From an uncultured Actinomycetes bacterium (lineage in GTDB: Bacteria; Actinomycetota; Coriobacteriia; Anaerosomatales; PHET01): DNA of 64,000 bases. The stretch covers positions 57,616-121,615 of the forward strand of contig CAVPCY010000013.1 of NCBI GenBank assembly GCA_963702525.1. Reading direction: 5' to 3'. A model generated the notes under the pieces. It was given only the letters and a program-made list of their open reading frames with translations. It was not told the origin of the DNA and made no database searches. The position numbers and the translations under genes were made by a program. This document shows, piece after piece, positions 1 to 6,941 of the stretch. The number at the start of each line of letters is the position of its first letter. Positions within the stretch are counted from its first letter, which is position 1.

Positions 1-231
1 TTCGATCCCGCTTTGCGGCGGTCCCTGGTCTTCTGCATCGTGGACACTCTGCTGAAGCTCGGCTCCGAAGACCAGTTGCTGCTCGTGTGCGACCACGAGC
101 CTGCGGGTCTGGGCTACCAGATCGACCTTCGCAAAGAGTCGCGTGGCCGGTTCGAGTTCACCTACGACCGGCGCTCGGACGGCGCGTGGGTCGCACTGCT
201 GAGGCCCAAGGCGGAGCGGTCAGGACGCTAG
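1..231 (+). CDS. DUF2249-like small protein, 5' end cut by window edge
   Basis: Frame 1 is open from base 1 (ORF track 13..231). The C-terminal pattern LLLVCDHEPAGLGYQ...FEFTY...GAWVALLRPK resembles the DUF2249 family as I remember it. Confidence 0.4.
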   Translation, partial: FDPALRRSLVFCIVDTLLKLGSEDQLLLVCDHEPAGLGYQIDLRKESRGRFEFTYDRRSDGAWVALLRPKAERSGR

Positions 232-924
232 CTCACCGATGTAGCGCGCCAGTTCGTCGAGCGATCCGCGCCGCGTCCCCGCGACACCGCTCTGCGCTCC
301 GACGTAGTACGTGCTCATGCCGATTCGGTCCGCGGCGAGGTCCAGGCTCGCGTCGTCTCCGACCATGAGGCATTCCTCTGGACGCACTTCAAGCAGACTC
401 GCCGTCTGAGCGAAGTAGTCGGACGCCGGTTTGCAGGCGTGCATGTTCTCGTACGAGGTCACTACGTCGAACCACTCCTGGCGAAGTTCCGCCCAGCGCA
501 TCCGCTCGTCGATCGCGGCGCGCGGGAAGATCGGGTTGGTCGCGAGCGCGACCACGAGCCCGGCTTCGCGAGCCGCGCCAACCGCCGCGCATCCTCCCGG
601 CCTGGGTCCGTGTGTGCGCTGAAGAGCGGGAAAGACCTCGGCGTAGAAGCGCTCGACAGCGCCCGCCGGCTCGGGCTCATCGAGATCCACGTCGGTGAGT
701 GCGCGGAAGCGCTCGTGGAAGACGTCGCGGTTCGTTCGTCCCGGGTGGGGCTCGCACATCGTCTCCGTGCTGGCGAGGACCGCCCGAATCCCGTCGGCTG
801 GGTCCACTGTTCCGGCAAGTCGCGCCAACACGGGGCCCAGTGCGCTGAAGTACTCGCGCAGGAACGAGTCGATGTCGATGTCGAGGAGCGTTCCATCCAG
901 GTCGAACAGGACTGCGCGGATCAC
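220..924 (-). CDS. HAD-superfamily hydrolase
   Basis: Minus ORF 220..1053. HAD motif I (VLFDLDGTLLD) follows the GTG at 924 directly, and MVGDDASLD lies near the C-terminus. The upstream 43 codons look like a spurious extension. Confidence 0.75.
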   Translation of the reverse strand: MIRAVLFDLDGTLLDIDIDSFLREYFSALGPVLARLAGTVDPADGIRAVLASTETMCEPHPGRTNRDVFHERFRALTDVDLDEPEPAGAVERFYAEVFPALQRTHGPRPGGCAAVGAAREAGLVVALATNPIFPRAAIDERMRWAELRQEWFDVVTSYENMHACKPASDYFAQTASLLEVRPEECLMVGDDASLDLAADRIGMSTYYVGAQSGVAGTRRGSLDELARYIGELAS

Positions 925-1018
925 GTGTGCGTCCTTCCGGGTGGGGGCGGGGGTGATCGTAGCACGGGGTCGTGGGTAGCATCTCATGGGTGGTTCGGGA
1001 GTGCTTCCTGAACGCACC

Positions 1019-1049
1019 TTGACAAGCCTTATACCTAAGGGGGTATCCT
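1019..1049 (+). promoter_or_regulatory. sigma70-like promoter candidate for the oxidase gene
   Basis: TTGACA at 1019-1024, a 19-nt spacer, then TATCCT at 1044-1049, about 80 nt upstream of the ATG at 1131. Confidence 0.4.
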
Positions 1050-1080
1050 GCACCCGGTGCGAGATACCCTAGGGGGCATC
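1031..1080. promoter_or_regulatory. pair of CsoR/CstR-type operator-like palindromes
   Basis: ATACCTAAGGGGGTAT (1031-1046) and ATACCCTAGGGGGCAT (1064-1079) start 33 bp apart. Each has AT-rich arms flanking C/G tracts, and the first overlaps the promoter spacer and -10. Confidence 0.5.
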
Positions 1081-1130
1081 GCGCCGACGTACCGTTGACG
1101 GCTCGCCGTCACGCGAGAGGAAGAGACACC

Positions 1131-4100
1131 ATGCCCGCTGTCAGTGAGCACATCGAGACTGCCCTGCAGGATATCTGCGGAGCCGAGAGGGTGAAGACCG
1201 ATCAGGTCGAACGCAAGATGTACTCGTTCGACATCGGGGCGATGCCGTCACTGGTCAAGCCGTTCGTGCCCGCCGGTGTGGCCGGCGCGGTCGTCCGCCC
1301 GACAAGCGAGGAACAACTCGTGAAGCTCGTGGCGCTCGCGCAGCGGGAGGGCGTGCCGCTGGTGCCTCGGGGCTGGGCGACGAGCGGCTACGGCGGCGTT
1401 CTCCCCGGCAAGGGGGCCATCGTCGTCGACCTCTCGGGCTGGCAGAGGGTTCTCTCGGTCGACACCGAGAATCTCACCGTTCGAGTTCAGGGCGGTGCGG
1501 TCTGGGAGATGGTGGACCGCGAGATCCAGAAACAGGGACTGACGCTGCGCATGTATCCTTCGAGCTACCCGAGCTCATCTGCGGCCGGCTGGCTTGCGCA
1601 GGGCGGCTCCGGCTTCGGCTCCTACGAGTACGGTCAGTTCAAAGACAACGTCAGGGCGGCTCGCGTCGTGCTGCCCAACGGCGAAACGAAGGAGTTCACC
1701 GGCGACGAGCTGCTGACCTACATCGCCGATGCCGAGGGGACGACCGGCTTCATCACCGAAGTGGAGTTCCAGGTTCGCGCGCTCGAACCCGAGGTCCACC
1801 GCCTCGTGGCGTTCGACAGTGCCGCGCAACTGGGTGGCGCTCTCTCGGCAGTGTCGACCCAGAAGCTCCCCATCTGGTCGATCACGTTCCTCAACCCCGA
1901 ATCTACCAGGCTCAAGAAGCAGCTGCCCCACCGGCACGGGCACCCCTGGGAAGAGGCGCACGGTCACCACGAGCCCGAGATCCCCCAAGCGTACCTTGCG
2001 GTCATCGCCTACCCCGAGTCTCGGCGTGGTGCGATCGACCCGGGCCTGGCGGGCATCGTTCAGGCCCACGGCGGCCGGGAACTCGACGCTGAAGCGGCCG
2101 AGCACGAGTGGGAGCAGCGGTTCGCCCCGATGCGCCTGAAACGCGTCGGCCCGTCCATCATCCCCACCGAGGTGATCGTCCCACTGGCCGAGATGCCCGC
2201 CGTCCTTGGCGAGATCGATGACAAGATCGACCAGCCCTTCATCCTCGAGGGTATGGTCGGTCGGGGTGACAAGGTCGTTCTGCTCGGCTTCATCCCGCAC
2301 GACGAGCGCTCGTTCGGCTTCAACGTGGCGTTCGCACTCTCGCTGTCGGTGATCAAGATCGCGAAGGCCCACAAGGGTGCGGCGTACTCCACCGGCCTGT
2401 ACTTCCGCCGCGAAGCCGAGAGCGTGCTCGGTGCCGAGCGTCTCTCCAGGTTGCGTACCTTCAAGGCGAAGGTCGATCCGAAGGGGATCCTCAATCCCGG
2501 CAAGGTCCACGGCTCGGGCGGCATGCTCGACTTCATCATGGGTAGCGCGTCGACGTTCGAGGGCATAGTGCGGCCGATAGCGAACGCCTTCAAGGCACCG
2601 AGCGGCCCCGGGGACTTGAGCAGGGATGTGAACGGGGTGCCCGGGGACGTGGCGTTCATGGCGTACGCGTGCGCTCGCTGCGGCTACTGCGTGCCCACGT
2701 GCGAGCAGTACACCGGCCGCGGGTGGGAGAGCCACTCTCCGCGTGGCAAGTACGCCTACCTGCGCGAGGTCATGGCCGGGCGTGAGGAGTGGAATCGAAA
2801 GGCTATCGACACGTTCCTCGTCTGCACGACGTGCGAAGTCTGCAATACACGCTGCCAGCTCCAGCTCCCCATCGAGCACAACTGGATGGAGATGCGTGGC
2901 AAGCTGATCGACGAGGAGAAGCGCGGGACCTTCCCGCCGTTCGAGATGATGGCCGCCTCGCTGCGTGGCGAGCGCGACATCTGGGCGGGCAAGGCGGAGA
3001 ACCGGGACGCATGGGTTCCTGCGGATGTCGCCGAGAAGATCCCGGAGCAGTCCGACATCCTCTACTTCGCGGGCTGCACTGCAAGCTTCGTCGAGACCGA
3101 CATCGCCGAGGCCTCCATCCGGCTGCTGCAGGACTCCGGGTATTCGGTGGGCTACATGGGCAAGGACGAGGCGTGCTGCGGCATCCCGATGAAGGTCGCC
3201 GGCAAGTGGGACCTGTTCGAGGAGATCTACGAACACAACGTGTCCGAGGCGCGCAAGCGCGGGGCGAAGACGATCGTGACCTCGTGCCCCGCGTGCGGCT
3301 TGGTGTGGAAGGAGCTCTATGCGAACCTCGCTGCCGAGCGCGGAGAGGAGTTCGAGTTCGAGGTGAAGCACTACTCAGAGCTCGTTGCGCCCGCGCTCGC
3401 CGACGGCACACTCGAGCTCAAGTCGAACCCGCTCGAGGGCAAGACGATCACTTTCCACGATTCGTGCCATATGGGCCGGGCGCAGGGCAACTACGAGCCG
3501 CCGCGCGACATGCTCAAAGCGATACCCGGCGTCGAGATGGTCGAGATGGAGCACAACCGCGAAGAGGGTCTGTGCTGCGGCTCGGTGTTGACGCTCGTCG
3601 GCGAGATGCCGGTTGCTCCGGTTCTCGGCGGTCACCGGCTGCAGGAGGCCGTGGACGCCGGCGCCGATACCGTGGTCGCGCTGTGTCCCTGCTGCCAGGT
3701 TCAGCTTCGGGACTCCAACATCAAGAACGACCTCGGCCTGCAGATCGATGATCTGTCGCGAGTGGTCGCTGAGGCGGCGGGCTACGATATCCCCGAGACG
3801 ACCGAGTACTCCATGTACATGTGGAGCTACTTCGAGAAGTTCATCATCTTGCTCAAGCCGGAGAACATGGCCACGTTCATGACGCGGATCTTCCCGCAGA
3901 TGATGGACGCCATGCCTGCCGGGATGAAGCCGATGATGCTCGGCATGCGACACGTGCCGGGCGGTCTCGCGATGATGGAGAAGATGATGCCGCTCATGTT
4001 CCCGTCGATGGCTCCCGGAATCCTCGGCAAGGTCATGCCCGATATGGTCCGCGAGGTCGAGGAGTACATCGGAGAGATGCCCGAGGACATGGCTGCGCTC

Positions 4101-4232
4101 ATGCCCGACCTGCTGCCCAAGACGATGGACTCACTCATGCCCACGTACCTGCCGGAACTGATCCCGCACCTCGTGCCGCTGTTCATCGACTACATTCGCG
4201 CCATCGATGATGAGCAGGTGGCGGCGGCCTGA
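1131..4232 (+). CDS. FAD-binding oxidase (GlcD-like) fused to an (Fe-S)/CCG-domain protein (GlcF/GlpC-like), with a Met-rich C-terminal extension
   Basis: ORF 1095..4232. The ATG at 1131 is preceded by GAGAGGAAGAG. The N-terminus has an FAD PCMH-type domain (PRGWATSGYGG). The middle has two CxxCxxCxxxC clusters (CARCGYCVPTC, CTTCEVCNTRC), followed by Cys-rich CCG-like motifs (CCGIPM, CPACG, CCGS, CPCCQ). The last ~140 aa are Met-rich. Confidence 0.85.
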   Translation: MPAVSEHIETALQDICGAERVKTDQVERKMYSFDIGAMPSLVKPFVPAGVAGAVVRPTSEEQLVKLVALAQREGVPLVPRGWATSGYGGVLPGKGAIVVDLSGWQRVLSVDTENLTVRVQGGAVWEMVDREIQKQGLTLRMYPSSYPSSSAAGWLAQGGSGFGSYEYGQFKDNVRAARVVLPNGETKEFTGDELLTYIADAEGTTGFITEVEFQVRALEPEVHRLVAFDSAAQLGGALSAVSTQKLPIWSITFLNPESTRLKKQLPHRHGHPWEEAHGHHEPEIPQAYLAVIAYPESRRGAIDPGLAGIVQAHGGRELDAEAAEHEWEQRFAPMRLKRVGPSIIPTEVIVPLAEMPAVLGEIDDKIDQPFILEGMVGRGDKVVLLGFIPHDERSFGFNVAFALSLSVIKIAKAHKGAAYSTGLYFRREAESVLGAERLSRLRTFKAKVDPKGILNPGKVHGSGGMLDFIMGSASTFEGIVRPIANAFKAPSGPGDLSRDVNGVPGDVAFMAYACARCGYCVPTCEQYTGRGWESHSPRGKYAYLREVMAGREEWNRKAIDTFLVCTTCEVCNTRCQLQLPIEHNWMEMRGKLIDEEKRGTFPPFEMMAASLRGERDIWAGKAENRDAWVPADVAEKIPEQSDILYFAGCTASFVETDIAEASIRLLQDSGYSVGYMGKDEACCGIPMKVAGKWDLFEEIYEHNVSEARKRGAKTIVTSCPACGLVWKELYANLAAERGEEFEFEVKHYSELVAPALADGTLELKSNPLEGKTITFHDSCHMGRAQGNYEPPRDMLKAIPGVEMVEMEHNREEGLCCGSVLTLVGEMPVAPVLGGHRLQEAVDAGADTVVALCPCCQVQLRDSNIKNDLGLQIDDLSRVVAEAAGYDIPETTEYSMYMWSYFEKFIILLKPENMATFMTRIFPQMMDAMPAGMKPMMLGMRHVPGGLAMMEKMMPLMFPSMAPGILGKVMPDMVREVEEYIGEMPEDMAALMPDLLPKTMDSLMPTYLPELIPHLVPLFIDYIRAIDDEQVAAA

Positions 4233-4310
4233 TCCGACGGGTGCGGAGACATCGCCATAGGAGGGTGCTCGCTGCGCGTCGCCGCTCAGTCTGACGAGCA
4301 ACTCCACATT

Positions 4311-4326
4311 TGTGTCTCAAGTCACA
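4311..4326. promoter_or_regulatory. Crp/Fnr-type binding-site candidate (TGTGT-N6-TCACA)
   Basis: tgtgtctcaagtcaca lies 26 nt upstream of the crp-like ATG. It matches 9 of 10 positions of the TGTGA-N6-TCACA consensus. Confidence 0.45.
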
Positions 4327-4351
4327 CGGGCATCTGCCCGATGATGAGTGC

Positions 4352-5050
4352 ATGAACATGACAGCCTCCAAAGAGCAGATACTGTCTCGCCTTGCTGCCA
4401 TCCCCATGTTCTCGGACCTGTCCTCGGACAGCCTCGAGGCCTTGGCGACGATGGTCCAGTACCGTCGCTTCCCAAAGGGCGCCTTCATCGTGGGCCAGGG
4501 AGAGATGGGCACGGCCATGTACCTGCTCGTATCCGGCCGTGTCAAGGTGTCACTCGCCAACCCGGAGGGCCGCGAGCTGGTCCTGAACTACCTCGAGGCT
4601 CCGGCGCACTTCGGCGAGATGGCACTTGTGGACGCGCAGCCGCGCTCGGCAGACGTCATAGCGGTCAGTGACGTGGAGCTCTTCGCGCTCGACGGGCGTG
4701 ACCTGTCCGCCGCGATCCAGCTTCAGCCGCGACTCGCGCTCTCGCTGATCGCGACGCTCTCGCGCCGGCTGCGCCACACCATCGCGCGCCTCGAGGACAT
4801 GGCGTTCCACGACGCGACCCATCGTGTCATGCGAGTGGTCCTCAACGTCGCGACCGCCGGCTACGAGACGCGCGGTGCTCCCGTGATCCAAGGCATGACC
4901 CACTACGATATCGCCACCCTCGCGGGCACCTCGCGCGAGACCGCAAGCCGCGTGATCTCCCAGTTGGCTCGTGACGGGATCGTCACGACGAAGGGCCGGC
5001 GAATCATCGTTTCCCTCGAGCAACTCAGCGCCAGGCTCGAACAAGAGTGA
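4352..5050 (+). CDS. Crp/Fnr-family transcriptional regulator (cNMP-binding domain plus HTH)
   Basis: ORF 4310..5050 with an ATG at 4352. It has a cNMP-binding beta-barrel pattern (FPKGAFIVGQGEMGTAMYLLVSGRVKV...FGEMAL) and a C-terminal HTH (YDIATLAGTSRETASRVISQLARDGIV). There is no N-terminal Cys cluster. Confidence 0.85.
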   Translation: MNMTASKEQILSRLAAIPMFSDLSSDSLEALATMVQYRRFPKGAFIVGQGEMGTAMYLLVSGRVKVSLANPEGRELVLNYLEAPAHFGEMALVDAQPRSADVIAVSDVELFALDGRDLSAAIQLQPRLALSLIATLSRRLRHTIARLEDMAFHDATHRVMRVVLNVATAGYETRGAPVIQGMTHYDIATLAGTSRETASRVISQLARDGIVTTKGRRIIVSLEQLSARLEQE

Positions 5051-5076
5051 GAGCCGCGCCCACGGCGCAGGAGTAA

Positions 5077-5117
5077 GGCAACGACGCTACTGCCGGGTGG
5101 CGTCGTTGCCCTTTGTT
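5077..5117 (+). terminator. intrinsic terminator after the crp-like gene
   Basis: An 11-bp stem (GGCAACGACGC / GCGTCGTTGCC) with a 12-nt loop, followed by CTTTGTT. Confidence 0.7.
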
Positions 5118-5192
5118 GGGGACGTTGTTCATCTCGGACCGGTTTCAGGTACATAGAGACCGTGACCTGTTGTGCACCCGGACGGAGGAACG

Positions 5193-5420
5193 ATGAAGGA
5201 CTTCACGCTAGAGGATCTAAAGGCCTTTGACGGTCGTGACGGCAAGCCCGCCTACGTTGCCTACGACGGCGTTGTCTACGACGTGAGCGACAGCGGCATG
5301 TGGTCGGCAGGCGACCACGAGGGCATGCATCAAGCCGGGGCCGACCTGACCGACGAGCACGATGATGCTCCGCATGACGTGTACGTGACCGACTTTCCCC
5401 AGGTTGGCCGGCTCGTCTAG
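5193..5420 (+). CDS. cytochrome b5-like heme/steroid-binding domain protein
   Basis: ORF 5172..5420 with an ATG at 5193 after GGAGGAACG. The pattern FTLEDLKAFDGRDGKPAYVAYDGVVYDVS is typical of small bacterial b5/PGRMC-like proteins. Confidence 0.7.
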   Translation: MKDFTLEDLKAFDGRDGKPAYVAYDGVVYDVSDSGMWSAGDHEGMHQAGADLTDEHDDAPHDVYVTDFPQVGRLV

Positions 5421-5441
5421 TCCGGCAACTCAAAGCGTCGA

Positions 5442-5469
5442 CGGTGCCCGTCGCTTGCGGCGGGCACCG
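5442..5469. terminator. hairpin between convergent genes (possible bidirectional terminator)
   Basis: A 9-bp stem (CGGTGCCCG / CGGGCACCG) lies between the b5-like gene (+) and the methyltransferase gene (-). There is no clear U-tract. Confidence 0.4.
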
Positions 5470-5478
5470 CTGTGCGGA

Positions 5479-6783
5479 CTACGATTCGAAGATGGCGACG
5501 GTCTCGATGTGGTAGGTCTGCGGAAACAGGTCGACGGGGGTCGCGGAGACGAGGCGCATGCCGGACGCGACGAGCGTCATCGCATCGCGTGCGAGCGTCG
5601 CGGGATCGCACGAGACGTAGGCAAGCATGCGAGGCCGTGCAGCAGCCAGTGCCGTGAGGACCTCCGAGGGCAGTCCGGCGCGAGGAGGGTCGACCACGGC
5701 GAGGTCGAAGCCGCCGATGGCCGAGATCTCCCGTGCCGCATCTCCTCCCACGACCTCCGCCCACACCTGATTGGCTTCGAGGTTCCTGCGCAAGTCGCGC
5801 ACCGCGCTGCTGGCAGCTTCCACGGCTACGACCTCGCCGGCGCGCTCGGTCAGTGGGAGCGTGAATGTCCCCGCGCCGGCGTAGAGATCGAGAATCCGGT
5901 CTGAGCCATCGGGCGCGAGGGACGCCAAGGCGAGTTCGACCAGTGTCTCGGCGGCGGGGGTGTTGACCTGGAAGAACGAGGGCGCGGAGACCGCGAACTG
6001 CATCCCCGCGAGCCGTTCGCGCCAGAAGCCCCGTCCGCTGAGCACCTCCACGCCGGCGTTGCTGCGCCGCTTCGCGGGGTCCTTCGACAGCACGCGCACG
6101 AGGCTCGTCGAGGGCAGGGCCTGTCCGAGTGTCTTGGCAGCCGCAGCGCGGGGAAAGGGGCCCGGCGCGGTCCACAGCGCGATCTCGACGTCCTTGGTGT
6201 GCGATGCGACTCGCAGCCCGACGCGAACCAGCTCGAGGTCGCGCTCTCCCGCCACGTAGCGCAGCGCACCGCCGAGCGCGCGCGGGGCCCGGCGGAGTCT
6301 CTTCGGCAACAGCAGGCACTCGTCGACCGGTATGACGTCTTCACTCCCGGCCCGGTGAAAGCCCAGGTAAGGCCTGGTTTGGCAGGGGTCGGGGACGAGC
6401 TCGATCTTGTTGCGGTAGCCGTACTCAGCGCCTGAGGGGACACAGGTAGCCACTACGTTCTCGGCGGTGGTGATGTGGCCGATCCGCTCGAGCGCATCGA
6501 CGACGCTCTGCCGTTTCGATGTCAGCTGCAGCCCGTAGGAGACATGTTGCCACGTGCAGCCGCCACACCGCTCGAAGTAGGGGCAGGGGGGCTGAACGCG
6601 GTCGGGGGAGGGCTCCACGATCTCGGCCAGGCGCGCCCGTACGAAGCGGCCGTGATCCTCTGTGATCTCGATCGCCGCAACATCGCCGGGGCACCCGCCT
6701 GTCACGAACGCCGTGCGGCCATCCGCGAGGCGGCCGACCGCCTCACCACCGTGTGCTAGGCTCTGGATGGGGATTTCGAGCAT
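5479..6783 (-). CDS. TRAM-domain, Fe-S, SAM-dependent RNA (uracil-5)-methyltransferase (RumA/RlmD family)
   Basis: 434-aa ORF with an N-terminal TRAM-like segment, a Cys cluster (CPYFERCGGCTWQH), a SAM motif (ILDLYAGAGTFTLPL) and a C-terminal catalytic VSCDPATLARD. Confidence 0.85.
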   Translation of the reverse strand: MLEIPIQSLAHGGEAVGRLADGRTAFVTGGCPGDVAAIEITEDHGRFVRARLAEIVEPSPDRVQPPCPYFERCGGCTWQHVSYGLQLTSKRQSVVDALERIGHITTAENVVATCVPSGAEYGYRNKIELVPDPCQTRPYLGFHRAGSEDVIPVDECLLLPKRLRRAPRALGGALRYVAGERDLELVRVGLRVASHTKDVEIALWTAPGPFPRAAAAKTLGQALPSTSLVRVLSKDPAKRRSNAGVEVLSGRGFWRERLAGMQFAVSAPSFFQVNTPAAETLVELALASLAPDGSDRILDLYAGAGTFTLPLTERAGEVVAVEAASSAVRDLRRNLEANQVWAEVVGGDAAREISAIGGFDLAVVDPPRAGLPSEVLTALAAARPRMLAYVSCDPATLARDAMTLVASGMRLVSATPVDLFPQTYHIETVAIFES

Positions 6784-6941
6784 TGCCCGCGCTCCTATCG
6801 GCCGCCCGTTCGGTTACCCATGGTACCCGAGCTTACGGACGCTGTTTCAGTCACGGAGGGTTGCGGCCGATAACCAGAGTGCACGCTTGGCGCACGAGTT
6901 GAGGCGTGTGGGTACGCATGCCCGCACGAAGGAGGTCACCT

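Noticed and set aside
1575-3371. Very long antisense or alternative-frame ORFs. Examples: 1575..3371(-), 9822..11219(-), 26354..28450(-), 40509..41732(-), 56078..57454(-), 61194..62375(-), 43342..44577(+).
   Set aside because: They are Arg/Pro/Gly-rich with no recognisable motifs. They lie opposite or out of frame to genes with clear family signatures and high GC3. This is the usual stop-codon-poor shadow-ORF artefact of G+C-rich DNA.
5160-5186. Possible Crp site GTGACCTGTTGTGCAC upstream of the cytochrome b5-like gene.
   Set aside because: The spacing is GTG-N10-CAC rather than the GTG-N8-CAC of Crp-type sites, and the half-sites are poor.
6815-6835. Palindromic-looking ggttacccatggtaccc in the divergent rlmD-like/pilT spacer.
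   Set aside because: It contains only short self-complementary hexamers (CCATGG, GGTACC) side by side. There is no extended dyad and no second copy.
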